From: a virus
Taxonomy: Duplodnaviria > Caudoviricetes
IMG/VR virus record: IMGVR_UViG_3300041413_000047
Location: 14,541 to 78,540 of that record
Length of the DNA stretch: 64,000 nt
Reading direction: 5' to 3' (one strand)
Numbering within the stretch: the first letter of the stretch is position 1; each line of letters begins with the position of its first letter. This document shows positions 26,476-36,613 of this stretch, one piece after another. The notes beneath the pieces were generated by a model. That model saw only the letters and a program-made list of their open reading frames with translations. It was not told where the DNA came from and did no database searches. The position numbers and the translations under genes are program-made.

Positions 26476-27557
26476 CACACACCTCGATCCAATTCTGCGA
26501 CCGGCACGGCAACGAGCTCGATCCGGTCGTATGCCGTCCAATTGCCCGTCTCGTACAACACGCCGACGGTGTCCGCATTCAGCATGGCCATCGACGAGTA
26601 CGCGGCATGCAGCCCCGAAATCTTGCGGCATGTCCACCAGGTGGCGCCCCCGTCGTCGGAGCGGCGGATCGCCATCGCTACCCGCCCGTCCGGATGCTCG
26701 GGGCCCGCATACAGCAGCGGCCCGCCCGGGACTTGCAGGAGACTGCCCTGGACAACCGGGGTGGTGATCGTGCCCTGCACCCGGTAGACGGTCTGCACCG
26801 TTGAGCCGCCGTCCGTCGACCAGGCGTCGGCGCGCGTGCCGGGGGCGGTGCCGTACTGGTCTCGGCAGTTGAAGTAGAGGCGCCCGTCCGACAGTTCGGC
26901 GACCGTCGTCTCGTTCTCGTTGAGGGCGCCGGACGGGTTGGACGAGGTGAAACCGATCTGCCAGGTGTGGCCGCCGTCGTCGGAGATCAGGGCGTGACCG
27001 CCGAGATACTTCGGCTCGGCGCCCGTATCGCTGCTCCCCGCAGCCGGGGTGCGGGAGTGGTTGGCGGGGATCACGAGGCGTCCCGCATGCGGCCCTTGGG
27101 TGACGGCCGCCCCGCAGCCGGGCCCGGTGGCGTACCAGCGCATCCACGACGTCTTGACGTGCGCGGTGATGTCGACGGGCGCCGTCCAGGTGGCGCCGTT
27201 GTCCGGGCTGCGCTGCACGTACACGGTCCGTACGGCGAAGCCTTTCAGGATGGTCGTCTCGGTGGCGCTGCCAGTATTGCCGCACGACAGGAGCACGAGA
27301 TCCCCCGACGCCGGGTCGACGACCACCGTGGGGTTGCCTGCCGTGTCGGCGCCGCGGGCGGTGACGACTTGCAGAGGTGCCCACGTTGCGCCGCCGTCGG
27401 TGGAGCGCCGGCAGACGATGTCGATGTCGCCGCTGTCTCCGCCGCCGTTCTTGCGCCCTTCGGCGAACGCGATCAGCGTGCCGTCCTGCGTTCGGGTCAG
27501 GGCCGGGATGCGGTAGGTGTGGTATCCGTCGGTGCCGGAGGTGAACGGGGTGGACAT
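26475..27557 (-). CDS. GH33 exo-alpha-sialidase-like protein
   Basis: YRIP motif, Asp-boxes (STDGGATW, SPDNGATW, SDDGGHTW, STDGGST, SDDGGATW), ENE..V.E, FNCR, AYSSM, GVLYE. No signal peptide. Confidence 0.92.
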   Translation of the reverse strand: MSTPFTSGTDGYHTYRIPALTRTQDGTLIAFAEGRKNGGGDSGDIDIVCRRSTDGGATWAPLQVVTARGADTAGNPTVVVDPASGDLVLLSCGNTGSATETTILKGFAVRTVYVQRSPDNGATWTAPVDITAHVKTSWMRWYATGPGCGAAVTQGPHAGRLVIPANHSRTPAAGSSDTGAEPKYLGGHALISDDGGHTWQIGFTSSNPSGALNENETTVAELSDGRLYFNCRDQYGTAPGTRADAWSTDGGSTVQTVYRVQGTITTPVVQGSLLQVPGGPLLYAGPEHPDGRVAMAIRRSDDGGATWWTCRKISGLHAAYSSMAMLNADTVGVLYETGNWTAYDRIELVAVPVAELDRGV

Positions 27558-27564
27558 GCGTCTC

Positions 27565-28104
27565 CTAGAAGGGGATGACGGCGATCTGCCGGGCGAGGAA
27601 TGTGCCTGTTCCTGCGGTCACCCTGTATTTCATGGTGAACGTGTTGGAGCCCGGCGTCAGTGAGCTGATCATGTAGTGGCTGCCGAGGCGCTGCCGTTGT
27701 GCTGCCGGGAGGCCCGCAAAGTTCACGGCCTGGTTTTCCGAGGCGGCGAACGTGGTGGCTCCTGTCACATCCCAGGACATGAACGTTCCGTTGTTCGCTC
27801 CGCTGTTCTCGAACGCTGCCCGGATGAATACCAGGGCGCGGGATCCCGTATCGGCGGTGACGCTGGGTCCGACTGTCGCCAGGTCGGTGTATGTGGTGCT
27901 CGCGGTGGTCTCCGACGTTGCCACGTTGCCGACATCGGGTAGGCGTTCGACGATCGAGTTGAGGCCGTTGCCGACGAAAATGGAACTGATCTGTGTGGCC
28001 TTCGCGACGGCTGTTTCGTTCAGGTTGTCGCGGACGTGGAGGTTGAACTGTGCTGCGGTGAACACCGTGTTGGCCACCGCCGTCATTGGCGCCGTCCAAG
28101 CCAT
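27565..28104 (-). CDS. minor tail protein
   Basis: MAWTAPMTAVANTVFTAAQFN.HVRDNL N-terminus typical of actinophage tail-tip proteins; position. Confidence 0.75.
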   Translation of the reverse strand: MAWTAPMTAVANTVFTAAQFNLHVRDNLNETAVAKATQISSIFVGNGLNSIVERLPDVGNVATSETTASTTYTDLATVGPSVTADTGSRALVFIRAAFENSGANNGTFMSWDVTGATTFAASENQAVNFAGLPAAQRQRLGSHYMISSLTPGSNTFTMKYRVTAGTGTFLARQIAVIPF

Positions 28105-28454
28105 CAGCGCACTCCGTTCTCGAGGTTTTCGTCGATAAGGTCCTGCACGCTCTGGCCGTGGGGGATCCGGAAGCGGATCGCGGCAGTGTGGTCTGCCGGG
28201 TACCAGTTGCGGGTGTGGGGGATCGGACGCAGGGCGAGGACGGCGGTGATCTCGTGCTCGTTCGACGGCCACTCGATAGCCTGGGTCTCGAAGTTGCAGT
28301 ACGAGCAGCCGAACACCGTCTTTTTCCGCGTCAGTGCGCCACCCCTGACGGCCTTCTCGTAGAGGAGCTCGACGTTTCCGCACGAGGCCGGGCAGTCGGC
28401 CACCCAATTGCCCGCATACACATAGGCTCGGGCAGTCGTAACCAAAAGGTTCAT
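28104..28454 (-). CDS. tail-region hypothetical protein (CxxxC / CxxC)
   Basis: NWVADCPASCG...CSYC; lies between tail genes. Confidence 0.65.
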   Translation of the reverse strand: MNLLVTTARAYVYAGNWVADCPASCGNVELLYEKAVRGGALTRKKTVFGCSYCNFETQAIEWPSNEHEITAVLALRPIPHTRNWYPADHTAAIRFRIPHGQSVQDLIDENLENGVR

Positions 28455-28462
28455 TGGGTCAC

Positions 28463-30058
28463 CTATACCCCGAAGTTGTTTTCGTTGAATGTTGACTGGG
28501 TGTCCCAGATCCACACCGTGTCCGGGCTGCTGCATCCGATCGCATCGAAGGTGCCGTCGTTGAATCCGGCTCCGGTCTTGTCGAACGTGAACGGATTCGG
28601 GGCGCAGTCCTCCGACACTTTTTCGCACCCGAGGACCACGGAATGCACGGGCACGTAGTCGTCACAGTCCGCCGCCCCGGGAATGCGGGTGATGGTGTGC
28701 TCGACACTCTCGACATGGAACTCGGCGTCGAGCCCCAGCTCGCCATTACGAATGGTGATCATGTCGGAGATGGTGCGTGACACGATTTGCTGAAGATGCG
28801 GGATGTCGCACGACACCACCCGCATTTTGACGATCGGCCGCCTACTGGAATAGGCCGCCACGATCGCCTCGCCGACAGCCTGCACATCAGCCGGTGACGC
28901 GTACGGAATGTCGTTCGGGAAAGACTTCGTTCCGAAGACGCCGATCGATCCGGGGTCGCTCACGTTCACCCGCACGGTCCGCTCCACGAGCACCGGGCGC
29001 GCCCGCAGTTGCAGCGTCAGGACCGACGCGGGACCACCCACCGACGTCAGCCGGATGACCGTCGACTGACCCGAGTCGCGGGTGAGGACCGCGGACACCA
29101 CCCCCGTACCCGACGTGGTGAAGTCGGTGTTCAGGACGGGTGTCACCGCGTCCCGGAACGGATCCGAAGCCTGCACCCGAATCTCGCGCGTCTCCCCCGT
29201 CGACAGGGTGAACATGCTGTCCGTCGACCACACCACGGCCGTATCGAACGTGGTGACCCTGTCGTTGACCTCCTGGTCCACCACGTTGACCACGTCGCGC
29301 CAGCCGTGCCGGTACTCGAACGGCGCCGTGTAGCTGAAGCCCGTCACCGCGGGCGCATCACAGGTCACCTGCGTGGCACCGAACGCCGCCTGCGGCACGA
29401 CGGACTGCGTACGCAGGAGGCGGTGATGGCGGTCCCGGAACACGAACGTTCCGTCCGGGGCGATGTAGGCGATGGCGGGCGGGCCCTCCGCCGCCACGAT
29501 GTCGTTGATCGCGGTCAGTGCGTCCGTGTTCTCCGCCCACCAGAAGCGGGCGTAGGTGGCGCCGGCGTCGATGTCCCGTGCCCCCGTCCAGCCGATCTCG
29601 TCGAGGATGACGTCGACGATCTGTCCGGTGCGTAGCCCTGAGTGGAGGGCGGTGGACAGGCTGGCGTTCTGGAGGTCTGCGAGGCCGTCGAGGGCGGTGA
29701 TGTCTGCTGTGCGGTCGGAGCGGTCGGGGTGGATGTCGAGGTCGTCGATGCGGCCCCGGAACAGGGCGTAGTCCGTGCCGGCGATGGTGACGTCCATGGC
29801 GACCGGGCGGCCCGGTCCGAGGTCGTCGACGATGGGGGAGGCGCTGTTTTCGGGGCTGTAGATGCGGTGGGCGTTGCACAGGGTGAAGGCGGAGTTCCCG
29901 ATCGAGGACGGGGACAGTTGCCGGTTCTGGTCTCGGCCGTAGCCGTACGTCCACCGGCCTTGGTTGAGGACGTCGGGGGTGACGTTCTCGTAGGTGCCGC
30001 CGGTGACGATGGTGTTGTTGTCCCAGTCGATGGTCAGCGAGTACTCGGGTGCGGCCAT
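28463..30058 (-). CDS. minor tail / baseplate hub protein
   Basis: First gene after the tape measure; beta-rich; LFRGRIDDL, GTFVFRDR. Confidence 0.8.
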   Translation of the reverse strand: MAAPEYSLTIDWDNNTIVTGGTYENVTPDVLNQGRWTYGYGRDQNRQLSPSSIGNSAFTLCNAHRIYSPENSASPIVDDLGPGRPVAMDVTIAGTDYALFRGRIDDLDIHPDRSDRTADITALDGLADLQNASLSTALHSGLRTGQIVDVILDEIGWTGARDIDAGATYARFWWAENTDALTAINDIVAAEGPPAIAYIAPDGTFVFRDRHHRLLRTQSVVPQAAFGATQVTCDAPAVTGFSYTAPFEYRHGWRDVVNVVDQEVNDRVTTFDTAVVWSTDSMFTLSTGETREIRVQASDPFRDAVTPVLNTDFTTSGTGVVSAVLTRDSGQSTVIRLTSVGGPASVLTLQLRARPVLVERTVRVNVSDPGSIGVFGTKSFPNDIPYASPADVQAVGEAIVAAYSSRRPIVKMRVVSCDIPHLQQIVSRTISDMITIRNGELGLDAEFHVESVEHTITRIPGAADCDDYVPVHSVVLGCEKVSEDCAPNPFTFDKTGAGFNDGTFDAIGCSSPDTVWIWDTQSTFNENNFGV

Positions 30059-30059
30059 G

Positions 30060-33000
30060 TCACGCCCCCTTGGGTAGGCGGCGTTGCAGGCGGAGGCGGT
30101 CCATGGATCCGACGAGCCAGTCGTCCATCTCTCGCTGCGATCCGATCGGCCCGTGGTTGATGAACGTCACGTTCAGCGGGGCGGGCTGGGATGCCGCACC
30201 ACCGCGCGCCCCCGCCGGAAGCGGGCTGGTGCGCCCGGAGCCCACGAACCCGGCAGTGAGGGTACGGGCTACACCACCCATCGCCTTCTTCACGGCGGGC
30301 ATGGGTCCGGCGATCCCCTGCAGTAGTCCGAGGGTGGTCTGCTTGCCGACTTCGGCCATGACGGTGCTCGGGCTTTTGATGCCGAGTGCTTTACGGATTG
30401 CGGCCTGCATGCTCTTCGCGATCGACAGCATCAGCTTCTCGATCTCTTTGCGCTGCCCGGCGAGCCCGGCGAGGAAGCCGCGCCCGGACTGTTTGCCTGC
30501 GTCGAATAGGGCGTCCGCGCTCAGCTTCCCCAGGTTGGTGGCGCCCTTGGCGATCTGCCCCTGCAGCCGGTTGATCTCCTTGAGGGAAGCGTTCGACTGC
30601 CGGGACAGGACGTTGGCGAGTTCGAGTCCGGCTTCCGGGCCGAGGCCGATGAGCTGCTCGAGGAGGTCTTTGCGCAGGCCCCTCTTGCGTAGGACGTCGA
30701 TGCGTCCGGTGAACTCGCGGATCTGCCCTGCTGCGGCGGCGAGGCCGCGGCGGATGGTGTCTCCGCTCACCCCCGTCGGGCCTTGGGTGAGGGACTGCAG
30801 GGAGAATGCGCCACGGGCCTGCGCGGCAACATCTGCCGAAAACTTTTTGGCGTCGGCGATGCGCTGTGCGATCTGATCACGCTGTGCGGCCAGGGTTTGG
30901 AGGCGCTTGTTGGAGGCGCCGATCATCGCTACGAGCCGGTCGTCGATGGTGGTCTTGCGACTGCGGAAGGCCTTGGTGATGCTGTCGGCGATGCTCGCCG
31001 CGGTGCGGGAGATCTGCTCGCGGGTTCCGGTGAGGCCGCGCACAAACCCGGCGCCCGTCTCGCGGCCCAAGGCCTGCATCACCTTCGACGGTGAGGAGAT
31101 CTGCAGCTCGCGGCGGACGCCCAACGTCACGGCGGACGCCATCTCGCGGGCCCCCGTCAGGACCAGCCCGGACGACCCGGTCATCCCGCCGGCGAGGCCC
31201 TGCGCGACCGCGGCACCGGCGCCTGCCATGCCGACGCCGGCGCCCAGCTTGTCAGCGTTGATCGCCTCGATCAGCGCCAGGTGTTTCGCCGTGCTGCGGG
31301 CGTTGATGACGTACTCGCCGTCGGATGCGTTGATCGGAACAGAGTCGGAGGTGCCCGTCCCGGGCCCCCTGACCGGGCCGCCGCCGGGAAAGCCGATCGG
31401 ACCGCCGGACGCCAGGTTCGGGTTGCGGGCGATCGGCACCTTGCTTGTCGCGTTGACGGTGGTGAAGCGGGTGACGCGGTTGATGGTGAGCGTCGTCGTT
31501 TTGCTGGGGGGCAGATTGTTGATCATCAACTGTGCGGTGCCGATCTTCCGCCGCCAGTCGTCGATGTTCGCCTTGAGTGTGGCCTTCTTCTCCCCCTTCG
31601 CCGTACGCAGTTGGAGTTCGGCGGCGGCGACTTTGGCCCGCCAGTCGGCGATGTCGGCGGTCAGCTTGGCCCGCTTGTCGGCTTTCGTGCCCTTGAGTTG
31701 CAGGTCGGCGGCGGCGACCTTCGCTTTCCAGTCCGCGATGTCCGCCGTCAGTTTGGCTTTCTTCTCACCCTTGGCGGTCTTGAGCTGCTTGTCCGCCTCA
31801 GAGATTTTCGCCTTCCAGTCGGTGATGTCGGCCGTCAACATCGCCGTCTTGTTCGGGGTCTTCAGGATTTGGTCGGCGAGCGTCTTCGCCTGGGTCTCGT
31901 TGAGGCCCATCTGCTGAGCGTTCTTGATCAGCTGCTGGCGGCCGCGCTCGTAGACAGTGACGGCGCCTTGCCACGACCCGGTCGACTCGCGGTTCGCTGC
32001 CGCCGCCTCATCCGTTTTCGCTGCCAGGTCCGACAGGGCCGTGGCGGCTGCGCGCTGCTTGTCGGTGTTCAGGGTGAGCTGGCCGCCCTGCATGTCGAGG
32101 ACTCCGGCGTTCTCCCGCGCGGCCTTGGACGCGGCGTCGATGGACGCCTCGAATCCGATCATCCCGCCCAGACCTGCGCGCTGCACGTCGTTCAGTGCCT
32201 GGATCGCCTGCCGCAAACCGTCCGCGGACTGCTTCTGCTCGGCGAGTTTCGCCGACGTCTGCTGCGCCTGCGTGCCGAAGAGGCCCATCGAGTCCGCAAC
32301 GAGCTGCTGCTCGAACTTCACGTCCTCCAGCGACGCCTTGTACTCGGTGAGCTTGCTCGTGAACTCCGTCGTATTCCGCCCACCCTTGCCGTACTCGGCA
32401 GTCAGCCGCGTCACCGCGGCGGCAGCAAGGTCGGCCTGGTTGTTCTTGACGAGGTTGGCAAGCGCAGTGTCGACCGCGTCGAAGTTTTCCTTGGCCTCCT
32501 TGACGGGGGTGGAGTCCCAGCCCGTCCAGCCCACCAGGAACTGCTGCACCTTGTCCGTGGTGGACGGGTCGGTGAGCGCCTTCACCTTGCCGTGCAGGCC
32601 GTCGAGATCCGCCCCGAAAACCTTCGACGCCTCACCCGTCACCTTGCCCGTCTTGCCCAGCTTGGCAAGGGAACCGGTCAGCTTGTCGACGTCCGGCGGT
32701 GCCGCCCGGCCGCGCTGCGACAACTCCGTGAGAGCAATCAGCAGCAGCCCGATCCCCGTCCCCGCGATCGCCACCTTCGCCGTCCGCGACAGCGTCGCGA
32801 TCGCAGCCCCCAGCCTCGGCAGCACCCCAGTTGCCCCGCCGGCCGCGAGCCGCATCGCACCGATCGACGCGGCGAACGTGGTGACCCCGGCGGAGGTGGC
32901 CGTCGCCGCTGCCACCGCGAGCCGTACCGCTTTCAGGGCGAGCGCGAGTTGCAGCATGTGAGTGATGGCGTCCGGCGGCAGCGCGGCCACCAGCTTGGCG

Positions 33001-33944
33001 ATCACGTTGACGACGGTCAGCAGTCCAGGCCCCACGTTCGCGGCGGCCTGTGCCATGTTGGCGAGGGCCTGCATGATGTTCGACAGGGTTTCGCGGACGA
33101 TGGGCCCGTTGTCGTGGACGTACTGCATGAAGGTGCTGAACCCGCCGGAGATCTTCCCCGTGTCGAGGGTGCGCATGAAGCGGATGAGCAACTCGTTGCC
33201 GCGCTGTAGGGCGCCGGTGGAGAACTCGGAGAAGGTGCCCATGAACCGGTCGAAGGCCGCCGACTGGATGCCGCCGGCGGCGATGGTGACGAACCGGTCG
33301 AGCTCTCTGCCCGCGCCTTGGACTATCGGCGTCAGCTTGGGGAAGATCGCGCCGAACGTTTGGAGGCCCTTGGTGACGACCGGCATGGTGTCCCCGGCGA
33401 GGCTGTCCGACCACTGCTTGTACTGGTCCTTGAACGACGACAGGGCGGCGGCTGCCTCGCGGGTCGCGGGCGGCATCGTCTTGACCATGCGGACGTAGTC
33501 GGCCTGCGCGGTGGCGGCTTCCTTCGACGCGGCACCGTGCTGGTCGATGGCGTCCTGATATTTCTTCTCCGCCTCGGATGCCTCGGCCAGTGCGGCGACT
33601 TGGCCGCCTGCTGCGGCGGCGAACGCGCCGACCGCGACGGCTGCCGCGCCCACACTCGCGGCGATCGGTGCGGCCTGCACGGCGATCGGGATGAGCGCCG
33701 GGGCCAGCCCGATTGCGGCGCCCTTCAGCTTTTCCAGGACGCCGGAGAAGGCGCTGCCGCCGCCTGCCGCACGGTTGAAGGCACTGTTGATGAGGCGAGA
33801 TTCGGACACGAACCGGCCACGCACATCGCGCAGTCGTCCTTGTGTGTCGCGGGAGAAGTCCCGCATGGCGCGCGCGGCGGGGTCGGTGTTGGCGTTGATG
33901 TTGATGTGGGCATCGCCGACGAGGCCACCGGAAGGGGTGCTCAT
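30060..33944 (-). CDS. tape measure protein
   Basis: 1294 aa, Ala/Gly-rich helical; VGDAHINI N-terminus, W-spaced repeats, GIKSPSTVM; follows the tail chaperones. Confidence 0.93.
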   Translation of the reverse strand: MSTPSGGLVGDAHININANTDPAARAMRDFSRDTQGRLRDVRGRFVSESRLINSAFNRAAGGGSAFSGVLEKLKGAAIGLAPALIPIAVQAAPIAASVGAAAVAVGAFAAAAGGQVAALAEASEAEKKYQDAIDQHGAASKEAATAQADYVRMVKTMPPATREAAAALSSFKDQYKQWSDSLAGDTMPVVTKGLQTFGAIFPKLTPIVQGAGRELDRFVTIAAGGIQSAAFDRFMGTFSEFSTGALQRGNELLIRFMRTLDTGKISGGFSTFMQYVHDNGPIVRETLSNIMQALANMAQAAANVGPGLLTVVNVIAKLVAALPPDAITHMLQLALALKAVRLAVAAATATSAGVTTFAASIGAMRLAAGGATGVLPRLGAAIATLSRTAKVAIAGTGIGLLLIALTELSQRGRAAPPDVDKLTGSLAKLGKTGKVTGEASKVFGADLDGLHGKVKALTDPSTTDKVQQFLVGWTGWDSTPVKEAKENFDAVDTALANLVKNNQADLAAAAVTRLTAEYGKGGRNTTEFTSKLTEYKASLEDVKFEQQLVADSMGLFGTQAQQTSAKLAEQKQSADGLRQAIQALNDVQRAGLGGMIGFEASIDAASKAARENAGVLDMQGGQLTLNTDKQRAAATALSDLAAKTDEAAAANRESTGSWQGAVTVYERGRQQLIKNAQQMGLNETQAKTLADQILKTPNKTAMLTADITDWKAKISEADKQLKTAKGEKKAKLTADIADWKAKVAAADLQLKGTKADKRAKLTADIADWRAKVAAAELQLRTAKGEKKATLKANIDDWRRKIGTAQLMINNLPPSKTTTLTINRVTRFTTVNATSKVPIARNPNLASGGPIGFPGGGPVRGPGTGTSDSVPINASDGEYVINARSTAKHLALIEAINADKLGAGVGMAGAGAAVAQGLAGGMTGSSGLVLTGAREMASAVTLGVRRELQISSPSKVMQALGRETGAGFVRGLTGTREQISRTAASIADSITKAFRSRKTTIDDRLVAMIGASNKRLQTLAAQRDQIAQRIADAKKFSADVAAQARGAFSLQSLTQGPTGVSGDTIRRGLAAAAGQIREFTGRIDVLRKRGLRKDLLEQLIGLGPEAGLELANVLSRQSNASLKEINRLQGQIAKGATNLGKLSADALFDAGKQSGRGFLAGLAGQRKEIEKLMLSIAKSMQAAIRKALGIKSPSTVMAEVGKQTTLGLLQGIAGPMPAVKKAMGGVARTLTAGFVGSGRTSPLPAGARGGAASQPAPLNVTFINHGPIGSQREMDDWLVGSMDRLRLQRRLPKGA

Positions 33945-34321
33945 GCGAGGGTCACCCCCATGGAGGCGAGGAACGACTGGCTGGCGTCTTCAGGGCCCGT
34001 CCACCACCAGGGCGCGCCGTCGTCTTGGGCGGGTTCGATGTCGAGGCGGTCACGGCCTGGATACGCCCACGCTGAGACGCCGAGGCTGTGGTCGAAGCGT
34101 GCTCGCGCTTGTTCCTCGGTCTGTCCTTCGTGGACGATCAGCCGCTGCAGCATCTCGTGGTAGATCGCGTTCAGGAATCGGTCGGCTGGGAGGGCAGCGA
34201 GATCGACTCCACGGGCTGCGTATTCGCCGTCGAGGGCGTGCCAGATGCCGGGCTGGCAGGCCCATCCGATGAGTCCGGCGACGGCTGTGTAGGGCGGGCG
34301 GCGTACTCCTCCAGAAGCCAC
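33941..34321 (-). CDS. tail assembly chaperone, downstream (gpT-like) frame
   Basis: Overlaps 34171-34674 by 151 nt in the -1 frame and ends at the TMP start. Confidence 0.7.
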   Translation of the reverse strand: MASGGVRRPPYTAVAGLIGWACQPGIWHALDGEYAARGVDLAALPADRFLNAIYHEMLQRLIVHEGQTEEQARARFDHSLGVSAWAYPGRDRLDIEPAQDDGAPWWWTGPEDASQSFLASMGVTLA

Positions 34322-34674
34322 ATGACGACGTCGGCCGTCTGGTTGTCGTCGATGGGGCGCACCTTGTCGTTCAGGCGCTTGGCGAACTGCTCGTAGGACT
34401 CGGGGAGAAGAGCGAGGGAGAGGGCGCGCTTCAGCAGGTCGTGCTGCTGCTGGTACTCCTCGCTTTCGACGCGGTCGTTGTAGAGGGTGACGAACTCGGC
34501 GAAGACGTCGCCGGGGAGCCGTGCTGCCGCGTAGAAGACGTCGCCGTCGATGGTGAAGGGCAGCGGCTCGTTGCTTCCGCGGCTGAAGTCGCGGGCTGCC
34601 GGGCGCGGCGCGGCGGCCATGGTGGGGAGCGTGGTGGTCACCACGCCGTTGGGGTGCGTGAGCAGCTCGGTCAT
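34171..34674 (-). CDS. tail assembly chaperone (gpG-like)
   Basis: Position; FTIDGDVFYA...LLPESYEQF..RL. Confidence 0.75.
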   Translation of the reverse strand: MTELLTHPNGVVTTTLPTMAAAPRPAARDFSRGSNEPLPFTIDGDVFYAAARLPGDVFAEFVTLYNDRVESEEYQQQHDLLKRALSLALLPESYEQFAKRLNDKVRPIDDNQTADVVMWLLEEYAARPTQPSPDSSDGPASPASGTPSTANTQPVESISLPSQPTDS

Positions 34675-34681
34675 GGGGTGG

Positions 34682-34714
34682 ACGGTAGGTACCGTCCAGC
34701 GAAGATCATTCCGG
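34682..34714 (-). promoter_or_regulatory. late-type promoter CCGGAATGATCT-N15-TACCGT (leaderless)
   Basis: The -10 element is 7 nt before ATG 34674. Confidence 0.75.
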
Positions 34715-34857
34715 CGGTTTGTAAACCGCCCGACCACCTGCGCCGAAGCGCCTACGACTGGTTGATAGCCGGGTGGTTGTCGACCAGATCAAGCACGAGG
34801 GCCAAGGCGCGGCCCCGGTAGTACTCGCGACCCCTCGACTTGTCGAGGAACCGCAGG

Positions 34858-35250
34858 TCAGAGGGCGGCGTGCAGGCTTTCCTGCAGGAACCGATTGGCC
34901 TTGTTGCCAGGGTGGTTGACGTACCTCGCATACACAATTTGACCGCCCGCCGTAAACCGCAGGACGCCGCCTGGCCTGCGTGGCTGAATGCGATGGGGCC
35001 TCGTGCCCCCGATGACCCATAGCGCGGCGGGATGGTTGACCGATATGACGCCCTGGAAGTCGCCACCCGATCCGCGCCGGATCTGCGCGCGAACGGTGCG
35101 CCCCATGCTGCCCGGTGCGCGCCGTCGGGCTTCGGCTTCGACGCGGCGGACGCGGCGTTCCATGTTGCGGTAGACGAGGCCGCCGGGGAGGCGCAGCATG
35201 CGTTCGATGGTGGTGCGGTGGAGGTCGAAGCTCGTCGACACCGTGAACAC
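34858..35250 (-). CDS. HK97 gp10-like tail completion protein
   Basis: ARRRAP, GTRPH.I.P, V.HPG..ANRFL. Confidence 0.75.
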   Translation of the reverse strand: MFTVSTSFDLHRTTIERMLRLPGGLVYRNMERRVRRVEAEARRRAPGSMGRTVRAQIRRGSGGDFQGVISVNHPAALWVIGGTRPHRIQPRRPGGVLRFTAGGQIVYARYVNHPGNKANRFLQESLHAAL

Positions 35251-35253
35251 GGT

Positions 35254-35760
35254 TCAGTTCCTCATCAGGGAGACAACTGCGCGAAGCTCGTTGCCGCCGC
35301 AGCAGCCAGACGGGCCCTGCGGGTTGAGGGGGCGCAGGATGAAGTCGGCGATCTCGCGGGCCTCGTTCATCTCGCACAGTGTGATGGAGGCAGCGCGCAT
35401 CATCTCGTACGCGTCCTGAAGGATCTCCTGCGCGGACGCGTCAAGGGCGGTGACCGTGGGCGGCTTGCCGTTGTCGTCGGGGCACGGGGCGCACCGCACG
35501 ACCTGCACGATGATCTCGGCTGCTTCCCAGGGGGCGTCGCAGGCGTTGCCGATGCGGCGTAGTGCCGGGTCGGGGAACGACTCGGTGAGGTAGATCTGCC
35601 CGACACTGACGGCGAGGAGACCGCAGTCGCATTCGTCCCAGGCGATCATCCCGGGCACAACGCCGTGCCGGGCCGGGGTGACGGAGAGTCCGGCGTAGAT
35701 CGCCTGCTCCAGGCGGGATGCGACCGTGTACCACTTCAACGGGCCAGAGATCATCGGCAT
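35254..35760 (-). CDS. tail terminator / head-tail joining protein
   Basis: Position in the neck module; WDECDCG.L.V, V.RCAP. Confidence 0.65.
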   Translation of the reverse strand: MPMISGPLKWYTVASRLEQAIYAGLSVTPARHGVVPGMIAWDECDCGLLAVSVGQIYLTESFPDPALRRIGNACDAPWEAAEIIVQVVRCAPCPDDNGKPPTVTALDASAQEILQDAYEMMRAASITLCEMNEAREIADFILRPLNPQGPSGCCGGNELRAVVSLMRN

Positions 35761-35762
35761 GG

Positions 35763-36593
35763 TCAGGCCCCCGGCTTCCGTACGGTCGGCTGATCCACCC
35801 GGTACACGCGTGAGCGTTGCCGCAGCCCGTACGGATTCCACGTCGCGATGAACGCGTCCACCAGATACAGGCCGGTCCGCCCTTGCTTGAACAGTTCACC
35901 CACATCCGGGTAGCTGATCGTCACGCCCTGCCGCACCAGTTGCTGCACCCCCGCCGGGAGACGGCAGTCCTGCCCGGCGGCGGCCTTCGCGAACTGGCAC
36001 GCCAGCTCACCCATGGCCAGCGCGGCTCCCGCCGGCAGCGGCTCGCCATACGTCGCCGTCACCGACCAGGCGCCCTCACCAGAGTCGACCGACAGGTCGT
36101 TGCAGTGCGGCCAGCGCCCGCCGTCCGTCCGCACCAGGAGGCGGTTGTTGTCGAGGCGGTACGCGGACGACGCCAGCACCACGCCGTCGATGACGACCTC
36201 TGTCACCTCGTACACCGGGGCGGGGAGCCGCAGTTCGGACACCTGCCCGCACGAGCAGCCCGACGAGCAGGAGCCGCACGTCAGGTTGAACCACAGGCCG
36301 CCGATCAGTGCGGGCTGCGGCCAAGTCGAACTGGCCCACGGCGGTCCGAAGTCGTCGTAGAACCGGCCGTCGCCACAGTCGCTACGACACGGCCGCAGCG
36401 TCACCTCGCACAGCCCGAATCGCATACCAGTCAGCCCGTACAGGGTTTCCGTCGCCATCGACACCGCGATGCCGGTGACGGCCGGGTTGAGCGTCGACAC
36501 GTCGCACGTCCACTGCACGGGCCAGTCCGCGCACGGGCCGCGCATGCCGCCGGTCCCGGTCGGCTGGGTGGCGATGGGATTGATGACGGGCAT
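35763..36593 (-). CDS. head-to-tail adaptor
   Basis: Cys-rich; LRPCR, V.IDG..L..SAYR.D, RQGVT and TGLYLVD.FI...NP. Confidence 0.75.
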   Translation of the reverse strand: MPVINPIATQPTGTGGMRGPCADWPVQWTCDVSTLNPAVTGIAVSMATETLYGLTGMRFGLCEVTLRPCRSDCGDGRFYDDFGPPWASSTWPQPALIGGLWFNLTCGSCSSGCSCGQVSELRLPAPVYEVTEVVIDGVVLASSAYRLDNNRLLVRTDGGRWPHCNDLSVDSGEGAWSVTATYGEPLPAGAALAMGELACQFAKAAAGQDCRLPAGVQQLVRQGVTISYPDVGELFKQGRTGLYLVDAFIATWNPYGLRQRSRVYRVDQPTVRKPGA

Positions 36594-36613
36594 CGGGCGC
36601 TCCTACGGTGCGG

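Noticed and set aside
31560-31830. Repeated ADI(A/T)DW(K/R)AK(V/I) units in the tape measure
   Set aside because: Ordinary Trp-spaced TMP repeats.
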